A stretch of DNA of 64,000 bases. It comes from an uncultured bacterium. GTDB taxonomy: Bacteria; B130-G9. The notes under the pieces were generated by a model, which ran no database searches, was not told the DNA's origin, and was given only the letters and a program-made list of their open reading frames with translations. The position numbers and the translations under genes were made by a program. Positions 49,659-59,530 of this stretch are shown here, piece after piece; position 1 is the first letter of the stretch, and every line of letters starts with the position of its first letter. The DNA lies in assembly GCA_965372715.1 (NCBI GenBank), contig CBDVDH010000006.1:1-64000 (forward strand), read 5' to 3'.

Positions 49659-51347
49659 ATGAAACTGGGCAGCGTAAGGATATCAACTGTCGCCGTGTTT
49701 GCCCTGGCAGTCGCCCTGGCTGTGATACCTCTTCTGACCGCCGCGGATCCGGTTTGGAAGAAATTCGGGGCGGATGAGTCCCAAACTGGTAGAACGTCCG
49801 AAATTGGGTGCAGAACAGGCGACCTCTACTGGATGTTTCACACGTTTAACTTTAACTTCTCTTCGCCGGCTATCGCCGAGAATGAACAGCTCGTTTTCGG
49901 TTCGCGCAGTGGGCAGTTTTTTGCACTGTCCTCTCAGGGCGACTGGGATTGGCAGTTCGACGCGATCGCCAGAGTCGATTCATCTCCTGCAATCGACACT
50001 TTTGGCAACATCTACTTCGGCGCCAACAACGGGCTCATGTATTGCATAACAGGGCCGACGATTGTCGCAACCGAGGGAACACTCAATTGGACCTATGATG
50101 CGAGGGACGCGATTTTTTCTTCGCCGACGCTTGATCAAGACGAGTATTCAGTGTTCTTCGGGACGGAGGACGGCCGATTGATCTCTATATTCTCCGAGAA
50201 CTTCCCCGCGACTCAGGGAACTCTTCAGTGGAGCCTTCAGCTCGGGGACCGCATATTCGCATCCCCTGCGTATCGATACTACGATCTGGCTCCAACAGGC
50301 GACCCAGCGGGCGACATCGCGATGGTCTATATCGGCGTGGAGCTGGGCCTCTCCGACGGGCTTGTTTACGGGATCGAGGTCCCAATTGACCCCGCGACCA
50401 GCACGCTTACGACGATTCAGTCCGTTTATCCCGATGTCGGAGACGACCCATTAGGACGGGTGCAGAGCTCCGTCACAATCTCGGATGATGGCAACTTCAT
50501 CTATTTCGGCAGTAAAGACGGAAATCTCTACTGCCTTACCTCATCCGGCTATCTCCAATGGAGCTACGAGACAAGCGGTATGATCGACTCCTCGCCCGGC
50601 ATCCTCTCAAGCGGCGAAATTGTGGTGGGCTCGAGAGATGGCGCCGTGTATTGCGTCGATGACCAGGGTGACCTGCAATGGTCATTCGAGACCGGTGAGG
50701 CTATTGAGTCATCTCCCGCCATAGACGGCAATGACAACATATTCATCGGCTCAAGGGACGGATTCCTATACTCCATCTCGTCACGTGGGGTCCAGAACTG
50801 GCGCTACATGTCGGGCTATCACATCTGGTCGTCCCCAGTCATCGGCAAGCAACCGACTTTTGGTGGAGGACTCACACCTCTAGTAACGACAGCAACGATC
50901 TACTTCACGGGCGCTGACCTCAGAGTCCACGCTGTCCGTGAAGATAGAGGCGCACCAGACTTTTTGAGCCGCTCCCCTGATGATGGCGAGACCGGCGTCA
51001 GCAGGAGGCTCGCGAACGTCGTCTTTGAGATCGTGGATAGTCAGACCGACGTTGATAGAGAATCGATCTTCATGCTCTTCAGGGGAATCCACGTCTATCC
51101 CACCTTTGAAAGGATCGAAGAGGAAGATTACAGAGGCTGGGAAGGCACTTACTACTGTGGTGATGAGACCTTTGATTATGACGAAGAAGTCGTCGTCCTA
51201 ATCCAAGCTTGCGATACTGCCTGGGAACTCAACTGCATGGAAGAAACATACTCCTTCACTATCGAATCATCGACAAGGCGTTCCCTCGCTGCGCCTCGAA
51301 AACTCGAACTCGACACTGTTCCGAGGCGCGCGATCAAGATAAGATAG
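49659..51347 (+). CDS. Secreted PQQ-like beta-propeller repeat protein with C-terminal Ig-like domain
   Basis: Signal peptide and repeated SSPAI..G.IYFGS.DG.LY.....G.LQW. Confidence 0.9.
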   Translation: MKLGSVRISTVAVFALAVALAVIPLLTAADPVWKKFGADESQTGRTSEIGCRTGDLYWMFHTFNFNFSSPAIAENEQLVFGSRSGQFFALSSQGDWDWQFDAIARVDSSPAIDTFGNIYFGANNGLMYCITGPTIVATEGTLNWTYDARDAIFSSPTLDQDEYSVFFGTEDGRLISIFSENFPATQGTLQWSLQLGDRIFASPAYRYYDLAPTGDPAGDIAMVYIGVELGLSDGLVYGIEVPIDPATSTLTTIQSVYPDVGDDPLGRVQSSVTISDDGNFIYFGSKDGNLYCLTSSGYLQWSYETSGMIDSSPGILSSGEIVVGSRDGAVYCVDDQGDLQWSFETGEAIESSPAIDGNDNIFIGSRDGFLYSISSRGVQNWRYMSGYHIWSSPVIGKQPTFGGGLTPLVTTATIYFTGADLRVHAVREDRGAPDFLSRSPDDGETGVSRRLANVVFEIVDSQTDVDRESIFMLFRGIHVYPTFERIEEEDYRGWEGTYYCGDETFDYDEEVVVLIQACDTAWELNCMEETYSFTIESSTRRSLAAPRKLELDTVPRRAIKIR

Positions 51348-51377
51348 TTTGTTCATTACCATAGTTCGTCCCTCCCG

Positions 51378-51418
51378 GTGGCCGCCGAGCATAAGTTCGG
51401 CGGCCACACCTCGTTTTT
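51378..51418 (+). terminator. Hairpin, probable intrinsic terminator
   Basis: gtggccgccgag-cataag-ttcggcggccac, T-run a few nt downstream. Confidence 0.55.
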
Positions 51419-51767
51419 GGGGTGACCAAGAAAGAGACCGAATGCGACTCATCTTGAGCCTCAGCAGTTCCGGTAGAATTAAAGCCCGAAACGGCGACAA
51501 AGCCAGTGCACAGGCATGTTCGTGACGGTCGTAAAGCGGAGTTCGCATCTGGAAGGAGCTCCCGGCTATCGGGAGCCTCGGCTTCGTCAGGGACCGGATT
51601 CAACGCAGTGCAGAGGGCGTTGCTCAATCCCCTTTCGCCTTTTCGCTCGTCTCGGCGTTGCCCAGACTCCGCCGCCTTGACTTTTTTCCACGGCACAGCA
51701 AGATTATTGCGGATGATATACTTTCGGCGCCTTTGGCCTGGACACAAATGCCATAAGGAGAAGCATC

Positions 51768-53360
51768 ATGAGAGAATCACGTTTGATAACGCTTGGAATC
51801 CTTCTTATCGCGGCAGCTGCGCTTCTTTCGGTTTTGGGTTTCGCGCAGATGCCGCAAGCGCTGTCGCAGGCGAAGATAACGCTCTCTAGCGGCTCAATTC
51901 TCGACGGAAACGTCGTGTATTATCACAAAGAAAGCGCTGAGTTCTTGCTGGAGGCGGATGCGAGCTGTTATGTCTTTGCTTTCATGGTCTCGCCGCAAGG
52001 GAAGGTCAAACTCGCATTCCCCTACGCGGGTCATCCTTTCAATATGATCCCTCCACATCAGACCGTGAGGGTTCCCGATGATGGCTATTACCAGAGCGTC
52101 GGGGTCGAGACCGGCTGGGCGCAGTTTGTGGTGGTCGCCTCGGAAGACCCGTCTTGGGCCTACAGCTTCAACGAGTTCTATGCGCCGAAGGTGTGGGACG
52201 CCGGCGTTTTTTCTGGTTGGCGTGGTGCGGGTAGCTCAAGTATCGTTGACTCCTCCGATGTTGACAGTGCCTATTTCACAGGTGCGTCGTTTCAAGCCAT
52301 GCCGAGCGGAATGCGGTCGGAGATGCGCGATGAGATCGCCCATAGAAGCGCCTCGAAGGCATCGGAATCCACCGATCTAATCCTCGCGCGGGCCAGGGCC
52401 GCGGTGCAGGGCTACCGATTCGCGTTCGCGAACCAGGGCTTCTACGTGGCGAGTAGCGCCTATGCCTCCGAAACCGGGACGACATATCACTATTACGACG
52501 ACGCCCATTATGGGTATTCCTGGTATGTCTATCGTGACGACCTATCCCCGTATGGCTACTGGGAATTCGTGGTCGGTTTCGGCTACGTGTGGCGCCCGTA
52601 TCATGTATCGGTGAGCTGGGCCCCATACTACCACGGGCGTTGGGTCTATACAGTCTATGGCTGGACGTGGGTCTCGACCGAGCCCTGGGGATGGATAACA
52701 TACCACTACGGATACTGGACTTACACCCATCGCTGGGGCTGGGTCTGGATACCGGGCTACACCTGGGCGCCTGCACGGGTCGCATGGTATTGGTCGGGCG
52801 GTTACGTTGCTTGGCACCCCACTCCGCTGCCTCCTGAGATAAGAGCATCCTTCAAGGACCAAATAAGGGAATATCCTGTAACAATTGTCAAAAGGGATCA
52901 CTTTACGGCGGAGAAAGTCCAAAGCTTCGCAAAGGTGGAAAGCCTGAAGCTGGAGGGCAATGCTCTCCTCGCGACGGACGGAAGCAGAATCGAGAGGCTG
53001 TCCGACCCCACGCCACAGCATCAGTTGGGGCTGGCGCACGGCTCCGTCAATACTCTCGAAGTTGTCCCGAGCCCGGTCGAGCCCACTGAGGGAAAGACCC
53101 AGGGCTACTACCGTGTCGATAAGCAGCGAGTATATGTTCCCAAACCGAGGCTTACGCCCGCGAGGGGATGGCCGACACAAGTTGCCCCGCAGCGCGACCC
53201 AGACGAACACAAACAGCGATTCAGCATCGTGCCAAGGCTGAAAAAGCCGAAGCCCAAGAAAGCTGAACCCGAAAAGGTCAAGCCCAGGCCGAAGAAGAAG
53301 CCGACCCGACCTAAGGAAGAACCGAAGAAGGTGGAACCCAAGAAAGCGGATGAGAAATGA
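51768..53360 (+). CDS. Exported protein: DUF4384-like plus DUF6600-like (W/Y/G-rich) domains and K/P/E-rich tail
   Basis: LSPYGYW..GYVWRP..WAPYYHGRWVYT.YGWTWVS.EPWGW.TYHYG. Confidence 0.82.
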   Translation: MRESRLITLGILLIAAAALLSVLGFAQMPQALSQAKITLSSGSILDGNVVYYHKESAEFLLEADASCYVFAFMVSPQGKVKLAFPYAGHPFNMIPPHQTVRVPDDGYYQSVGVETGWAQFVVVASEDPSWAYSFNEFYAPKVWDAGVFSGWRGAGSSSIVDSSDVDSAYFTGASFQAMPSGMRSEMRDEIAHRSASKASESTDLILARARAAVQGYRFAFANQGFYVASSAYASETGTTYHYYDDAHYGYSWYVYRDDLSPYGYWEFVVGFGYVWRPYHVSVSWAPYYHGRWVYTVYGWTWVSTEPWGWITYHYGYWTYTHRWGWVWIPGYTWAPARVAWYWSGGYVAWHPTPLPPEIRASFKDQIREYPVTIVKRDHFTAEKVQSFAKVESLKLEGNALLATDGSRIERLSDPTPQHQLGLAHGSVNTLEVVPSPVEPTEGKTQGYYRVDKQRVYVPKPRLTPARGWPTQVAPQRDPDEHKQRFSIVPRLKKPKPKKAEPEKVKPRPKKKPTRPKEEPKKVEPKKADEK

Positions 53361-53377
53361 AGGCCTGTGCGTAGCGA

Positions 53378-54934
53378 TTGGGGATTGAGTTGGGGCAAAG
53401 AGCCGTCATTGCCGTAGCGATTGTCTCGATCGCCGCCTGCCTGGGCTGCAATCCGCAGACGGCGTCCGACAAAGCCGAGAAGCCGCTGGTCGTTGCGCTA
53501 CAATCAGACCCGACCTCACTCGACCCCAGGCTCGCGACCGATGCTATCTCAAGCCGCGTCATCGATCTTCTCTTCAGCGGCCTCTTTCGCAATGATCCAA
53601 AGGGCCGCCTGAAGCCTGATCTCCTCGAGAGCTATGAGCTCCAAGGCGAGACCGCCTACGTTCTCAAACTGCGCAAGCATGTCCGCTTCTCAAACGGGAC
53701 CGAGCTGACCGCGGAAGACGTGAAGTTCACCATAAAGTCGATACTGGACCCAGCCCTGGGCTCCCGCAAACGCGCCTCGTTCAAAAACGTTGCGATGATC
53801 GAGACGATGGACCGGTATTCGCTTACGATCTGGCTCAAGAAGCCGCAGGCGAGCTTTCTTGAGAGCCTCAAGATAGGAATCGTCCCGAGGGAATACGCCC
53901 TAGAGGCCGGCGACCGGTTTGCGTCGAGACCCGTCGGCGCCGGGCCATTCAAGCTGATTGGGTGGGAGAAGGGCAGCCGCATCGAGTTGAGTCGTCACGA
54001 TAACTACTTCCGAGGTCCCGCGCCCATCCACGCAATTACGTGCAAAATCGTCCCGGACACGTCAACCAGACTGCTGGAACTTAGGAAAGGCGCCGTTGAT
54101 TTCGTCCAGAACGACATCCCGCCCGAGCTCGTCCGCTCGTTTGAACGGGAGGCCCGATTTGCCGTCCAGATGTCCCCGAGCAGCACCTACAAATACATCG
54201 GCATCAACCTAAAGCACCCTATTCTGATGAGGCGCGAGGTTAGGCAGGCCATGGCGCACGCCATCGACCGAAAGGCAATCATTGATCATTTGCTGCTTGG
54301 ACAGGCGAGCCTCGCGTCCGGCCTGCTCTGCCCCGGCAACGCTTTCTACGTGCCTGATCCTGCAACCCATGAGTATGACCCAGACCTCGCAAACGCTATG
54401 CTCGAAGAAGCGGGCCTGCGCATCGACTCCCGGACGGGACATCGCTTCGCGATCACTTTCAAGACTTCAAAGGACCAACGGGCTAATCAGATAGCGCAGA
54501 TTATCCAGCAGCAGCTCGCAGACGTCGGCGTCAAGGTCGAGATCAAGACGTTTGAGTGGGCCACGTTCTACAGCGACATAATCGGCGGCAACTTCGACAT
54601 CTATTCCCTGACGTGGGTCGGCATATCGGACCCCGACTTCTTCTACGACGCGTTCCACACCAAGAGTGCGCCCCCGCATGGGGTCAACCGCGGCCACTTC
54701 AGCAACCCTGACATCGACAGTCTAACTGGGCGGGGCCGGACCGAGCTCGACCCGGAGAGGAGATATGAAATCTACCGTCAGGTGCAGGAGACCATCGCCC
54801 AAGAGCTCCCATACATCCCCCTTTGGCACCCCCACAACGTGGCGATTATGACGAACCGGCTGAAGGGCTTCGAGTTATACCCAGCCGGGGACTTCAAGTC
54901 GTTCGCAACCGCTCGCGTGGACGGCGTCCAATGA
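53378..54934 (+). CDS. Peptide/nickel ABC transporter substrate-binding lipoprotein (family 5)
   Basis: LGC lipobox, DPTSLDP, FSNG..LTAEDVKF, PVGAGPF, VRQA..AIDR. Confidence 0.92.
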   Translation: MGIELGQRAVIAVAIVSIAACLGCNPQTASDKAEKPLVVALQSDPTSLDPRLATDAISSRVIDLLFSGLFRNDPKGRLKPDLLESYELQGETAYVLKLRKHVRFSNGTELTAEDVKFTIKSILDPALGSRKRASFKNVAMIETMDRYSLTIWLKKPQASFLESLKIGIVPREYALEAGDRFASRPVGAGPFKLIGWEKGSRIELSRHDNYFRGPAPIHAITCKIVPDTSTRLLELRKGAVDFVQNDIPPELVRSFEREARFAVQMSPSSTYKYIGINLKHPILMRREVRQAMAHAIDRKAIIDHLLLGQASLASGLLCPGNAFYVPDPATHEYDPDLANAMLEEAGLRIDSRTGHRFAITFKTSKDQRANQIAQIIQQQLADVGVKVEIKTFEWATFYSDIIGGNFDIYSLTWVGISDPDFFYDAFHTKSAPPHGVNRGHFSNPDIDSLTGRGRTELDPERRYEIYRQVQETIAQELPYIPLWHPHNVAIMTNRLKGFELYPAGDFKSFATARVDGVQ

Positions 54935-55851
54935 TGCGCCCAGCAATCGCGAAGCGCCTACTGATGTTCCCCCTCACGGTATTCTGCGTCTGCACCGTCG
55001 TCTTCTTTCTCATTCATCTCGCGCCAGGCGACCCAGGCGCTCTCATGCTCGGCGAATCCGCTGAGCCAGGCGACGTCGAGGCACTCAGGCAGCAGCTGGG
55101 GCTCGACAGGCCGCTGATGACCCAATACTCGTCATACATCGCGGGCCTCCTTCGCCTCGACCTCGGCCGGTCTATATGGACGAAGGAGCCTGTCCTGACC
55201 AGAATCCTCGACCGATACCCCGCAACGCTCACCCTCGCACTCGCGGCCATGCTGTTCGCCGTTATCTTCGCCATCCCAATCGGGGTCGTGTCGTCCATCA
55301 AAGCCAACAGCTGGCTCGACCGCGCCTCGATGTTCCTGGCCGTCCTGGGCGTCTCTATCCCCAACTTCTTCCTCGGCCTCGTCCTGATCATCGTCTTCTC
55401 AATAGAGCTCGACCTGCTGCCCGTGTCCGGCCGGGGTGGAATCGAGAGCCTCATCCTCCCCGCGGTAACGCTGGGGCTCGGTATGTCGGCGATTCTGGCA
55501 CGAATGACGAGGGCGCAGATGATTGAGGCGCTTGGGTCGGATTATGTTCGGACGGCCAGAGCAAAGGGTCTCTGGGAGTTCACGGTGGTGGTCAAGCACG
55601 CGCTCCGAAACGCCCTCACCCCAGTAATAACCATTCTGGGCCTTCAGATGGGTGCTTTGCTGACTGGCGCGATCATCACCGAGACGATTTTTTCTTGGGA
55701 GGGCATCGGCTCCCTGATGGTGCAGTCGATCGCCCGCCGCGACTACCCGCAGGTGCAGGCCTGCGTCCTCGTCATCGCCATAACATACGTCCTGGCCAAT
55801 CTCCTCGCCGACCTCACATACCGCCTCCTCGACCCCCGCATCAGGCTGTAG
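54931..55851 (+). CDS. Peptide/nickel ABC transporter permease (DppB-like)
   Basis: LAPGDP, LGLDRPL, DYVRTARAKGL, KHALRNAL, RDYP..Q, LDPRI. Confidence 0.93.
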   Translation: MMRPAIAKRLLMFPLTVFCVCTVVFFLIHLAPGDPGALMLGESAEPGDVEALRQQLGLDRPLMTQYSSYIAGLLRLDLGRSIWTKEPVLTRILDRYPATLTLALAAMLFAVIFAIPIGVVSSIKANSWLDRASMFLAVLGVSIPNFFLGLVLIIVFSIELDLLPVSGRGGIESLILPAVTLGLGMSAILARMTRAQMIEALGSDYVRTARAKGLWEFTVVVKHALRNALTPVITILGLQMGALLTGAIITETIFSWEGIGSLMVQSIARRDYPQVQACVLVIAITYVLANLLADLTYRLLDPRIRL

Positions 55852-55958
55852 TTCGCATCCACTAATCCCTCGATTATGATCGCTTTACAGGACTTTCGGC
55901 CTTGCGTATCTTATGCGCTGTGCGATCCATGTATTGAATCGGCATGACATGATAAGAG

Positions 55959-58900
55959 GTGTCTGTGGCTATACAGGCTGCTGAAAAGGCTTTCAGTAAG
56001 GGAATTCGGAAGTATCTAGCGGAGCTCCGCAAGCTTTCACAGCACCCAGAGGCTAGCGATGAGCTGAGCTATCGGCCAATCTTTCAGAGATTCCTGGAAT
56101 CAGCCTCGAAAGCTCTCCAGGCGGAGGCGAAGGCAACGTTCATCACTGAGCCAAAGCGCAAGGCATTTGGCGTTCCTGATTTCAAGGTTGTGAGGGGTCA
56201 TTCGCAAGTTGGATACATCGAGACGAAGGGCCTGGGCGCAGACCTTGACGCTGTGATGCGAACCGATCAGCTGGCACGATACCGCCAGCTGCCAAATCTG
56301 ATGCTCACAAACTACCTTGAGTTTCGCCTCATTCGTCAGGGCACTCAGACAGAGAGCGTAGCACTCTGTTCCGTCTCGGAGCTGCAATCGGACGGACCTG
56401 TTGATCAGTCCGCCACTGAGTCCCTTCGATGTCTTTTCGCAGCTTTTCTGAAGGAGTCTCTGCCGGGCGTCGGAACGGCGGAGGACCTTGCAAAGCAGAT
56501 GGCCTGGCGAACCCACCTGATGCGTGACGCGATACTAAAGTCCCGGAACCACCAGGGCCGATTCAGCGACGAACTCCGACTGCTGTTCGATGCATTCAAG
56601 CTGGTCCTAGTCCATGACCTATCTCCAGAACAGTTCGCGGATATGTACGCCCAGACCGTTGCTTATGGGCTCTTCGCCGCAAGACATCAGTCAGTCCAGC
56701 AGGGACGACTGGACACGCTAACAAATGGTTTTTCGCTTTCGAGCGCCGCGCGCCTTGTGCCCAGAGCGAATCCGCTACTGCGAAGTTTATTCAAGCAACT
56801 CGCTGACGAGGACATGCTGGACCCAACGTGGATGTGGCACGCATCAGACATCGCCGACCTGCTCGGCGCCTCAGATATGCGGAAGATCGCGGAGGATATG
56901 GCTAAAAAGGTGGGCAGAGAAGACCCCATCATCCATTTTTATGAGACTTTTCTCAAGGAATACGATCCCAAGATCAGGGAGATGCGAGGCGTTTATTACA
57001 CCCCGGAGCCGGTCGTCTCGTACATCGTGCGCTCCGTGGATCACCTCATAAAAGAGAAGTTCGGGAAGCCTGATGGCCTCGCCGACAAATCGGTCATGAT
57101 ACTCGATCCGGCAGTTGGAACTGGCACATTCCTCACGGGCGTCATCAAGCATCTTCATAAGGTAATCGTAGAAAGAGGGCAGAAGGGAACTTGGCCGGAC
57201 TTCGTCCGCAACAACCTTTTGCCGCGACTGTTCGGCTTTGAAATACTCATGGCGCCTTATGCAGTTGCCCACCTCAAGGTCGGCCTGCTACTTGAGGAGC
57301 AGGGCTACAGGTTCGAGGACCAAGAGCGACTACACATATACCTTACTAACACGCTGGAGCAGGTGGCCAAGGTGTCCAACCTACTGGCGGTCGGGTTCGC
57401 AAAGACCCTCGTCGAGGAGGGCAGAACAGCGGGGGAGATAAAGGACAAAAAACCGATTATGGTGATAATCGGGAATCCGCCCTACTCCGGTCATTCGATG
57501 AACCCCAGTCGGATCAAAGTCAACGGCAAATGGCAGAAGACTTGGATCGGCGAGCTCATCGACGACTACAAGAAGGTTGACGGCAAGCCCCTGGGCGAGC
57601 GCAATCCCAAATGGCTTCAGGACGACTATGTAAAATTCCTGCGCTTCGCGCAGTGGCGCATTGAGAAGACCGGTCATGGCATCGTCTCAATGATCACTAA
57701 CCACGGGTATTTGGACAATCCAACGTTCCGAGGTATGCGACAGAGCCTTACGGAAACCTTCGATGAGATTCATGTTTTGGACCTGCACGGAAACGTCAAG
57801 AAGAAGGAGGTAGCACCGGACGGTTCCAAGGATGAGAACGTGTTTGACATACAACAGGGCGTTGCCATGTGCTCTCTGGTGCATTCGCCTAAAGGGTTGA
57901 CCAAGCGGCTGGTCAGCCATAGCCACCTCTGGGGCGAACGACAGAAGAAATACGATTGGTTGAATGAACACGAAGTGGCAGACACTGATTGGACTGACCT
58001 TGGACCCAAGACACCTTCCTACTGGTTTGTGCCCAGAGATACAAGGCTAGAGGCTGAATATGAGGCCGGCTGGAAGATAACCGACGCCATGCCGGTTAAC
58101 TCAGTTGGGATCGTCACCGCCCGTGATTTGCTTACAACGCAGTTTTCCGGCTCCGAAATGTGGGATGTCCTTCGAGAGTTTGCGCGCATGCATCCTGAGG
58201 AGGCAAGGGAGCGTTTTCGACTTGGTCCCGACGCTCAGGACTGGAAGATAGAAGCAGCGCAGCACGATGTTAATGACGGCGGGCCTCACCCGAAACTGGT
58301 CTTGCCCATTCTATATAGGCCATTCGACACTCGTTACACATATTACACTGGCCGTTCTCGCGGACTCATATGTAGGCCCCGGGCACAAGTCATGGGTCAC
58401 ATGTTGGCGGGCACTAACGTTGCACTCGTCTCGTGCAGACAGCATTCGCAAGAAGATGTGACCTGGGCCCTGGTTGGCGTCGCTGACACGATCATGGAGT
58501 CATGTGCTATATCAAACAAAACTAAAGAAATCGGCTACATTTTCCCTGCCTATCTCTATCCCAACTCTGCGCTGCTTTCTCATGGACAGAACGGCAGGAG
58601 TTATAGTCCTGTCGAGGGTCGAAGGTCCAACTATGCTCGCGAATTCGTTGAAGAGATTGCGACACGCTTGAAGATGGAGTTCATCCCCGACGAGCGGGGC
58701 GATCTGACAAAAACTTTCGGGCCGGAGGACGTGTTCGCATATATCTACGGTGTCTTTCACTCGCCGACATATCGCACTCGCTATGCGGAGTTCCTTAGGA
58801 TCGACTTCCCGCGTGTGCCGCTCACGTTGAACGCCGACCTCTTTCGTGCGCTCTGCGAAAAGGGGCAGGAGCTTGTTGACCTTCACCTCATGCGCGACAA

Positions 58901-59321
58901 GCGCCTCAGCAACGCCACCTTCTGGGGAACGAGCTATCCCGTTGCGGGCAAACACGACGTCACCGCCATCGAATACAGGCCGCCCGGTGAGAGTCGAAAG
59001 TCGAAGGTTCTGCAATCCACAATCCGCAATCCGCAATCCGCAATCGAAAGGGGTTGCGTTTATATCAACAAGGCGGAACCAAAGAAAGGCGTGGAGGCGG
59101 AGTTCTTCGAGGACATCTCGCCCGAGGTCTGGGAGTTCCGGATCGGCGGCTACCAGGTCTTGCATCATTGGCTGAAAGAGCGCAAGCGACACAAACGCGC
59201 CCTCGCTCTCGATGACATCGAGCATTTCCAGAAGGTCGTCGCCGTCCTGCGTGAGACGGTACGCCTCATGGCCGAGATCGACGTCGTGATTGATGCGCGC
59301 GGCGGCTGGCCGATTAGATGA
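55959..59321 (+). CDS. Type IIG restriction-modification enzyme (type ISP-like C-terminus, no helicase)
   Basis: PDF..GYIETK nuclease motif, RGVYYTP, LDPAVGTGTF, GNPPY, DDYVKF, YRPFD, IDFPRVP, IGGYQVL. Confidence 0.92.
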   Translation: MSVAIQAAEKAFSKGIRKYLAELRKLSQHPEASDELSYRPIFQRFLESASKALQAEAKATFITEPKRKAFGVPDFKVVRGHSQVGYIETKGLGADLDAVMRTDQLARYRQLPNLMLTNYLEFRLIRQGTQTESVALCSVSELQSDGPVDQSATESLRCLFAAFLKESLPGVGTAEDLAKQMAWRTHLMRDAILKSRNHQGRFSDELRLLFDAFKLVLVHDLSPEQFADMYAQTVAYGLFAARHQSVQQGRLDTLTNGFSLSSAARLVPRANPLLRSLFKQLADEDMLDPTWMWHASDIADLLGASDMRKIAEDMAKKVGREDPIIHFYETFLKEYDPKIREMRGVYYTPEPVVSYIVRSVDHLIKEKFGKPDGLADKSVMILDPAVGTGTFLTGVIKHLHKVIVERGQKGTWPDFVRNNLLPRLFGFEILMAPYAVAHLKVGLLLEEQGYRFEDQERLHIYLTNTLEQVAKVSNLLAVGFAKTLVEEGRTAGEIKDKKPIMVIIGNPPYSGHSMNPSRIKVNGKWQKTWIGELIDDYKKVDGKPLGERNPKWLQDDYVKFLRFAQWRIEKTGHGIVSMITNHGYLDNPTFRGMRQSLTETFDEIHVLDLHGNVKKKEVAPDGSKDENVFDIQQGVAMCSLVHSPKGLTKRLVSHSHLWGERQKKYDWLNEHEVADTDWTDLGPKTPSYWFVPRDTRLEAEYEAGWKITDAMPVNSVGIVTARDLLTTQFSGSEMWDVLREFARMHPEEARERFRLGPDAQDWKIEAAQHDVNDGGPHPKLVLPILYRPFDTRYTYYTGRSRGLICRPRAQVMGHMLAGTNVALVSCRQHSQEDVTWALVGVADTIMESCAISNKTKEIGYIFPAYLYPNSALLSHGQNGRSYSPVEGRRSNYAREFVEEIATRLKMEFIPDERGDLTKTFGPEDVFAYIYGVFHSPTYRTRYAEFLRIDFPRVPLTLNADLFRALCEKGQELVDLHLMRDKRLSNATFWGTSYPVAGKHDVTAIEYRPPGESRKSKVLQSTIRNPQSAIERGCVYINKAEPKKGVEAEFFEDISPEVWEFRIGGYQVLHHWLKERKRHKRALALDDIEHFQKVVAVLRETVRLMAEIDVVIDARGGWPIR
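58991..59047. repeat. Heptamer array inside the type IIG gene
   Basis: gagtcga aagtcga ... caatcca caatccg caatccg caatccg caatcga, translated ESRKSKVLQSTIRNPQSAIE. Confidence 0.85.
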
Positions 59322-59473
59322 CGGGCGGGTGATCGATCGATTGACAGGCACAATGCCCCGTCAATGGCGTCTTATGCGGGTCAATCTAATCGTTGTTATG
59401 GTTCTCTTAAATCATTGGATTTCGCAATCGACCTCTTTTGCTTTGATGCGTATATTACAGGGCAGATAACTCG

Positions 59474-59498
59474 AGGTGGTCGCAAATTGCGACCACCT
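59474..59498. promoter_or_regulatory. Perfect palindrome, putative operator
   Basis: AGGTGGTCGCAA-A-TTGCGACCACCT, 32 nt upstream of the ORF6N ATG. Confidence 0.7.
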
Positions 59499-59530
59499 TG
59501 GTAATAAGAGTCGAAGGGGATTCTCATTAA

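Noticed and set aside
51470-51520. c-di-GMP-I riboswitch, SRP RNA or 6S RNA
   Set aside because: Only fragmentary resemblance (GAAA loop, CAAAGCC); the core consensus is not met
58512-59351. 279-aa minus-strand ORF
   Set aside because: Antisense to the type IIG gene
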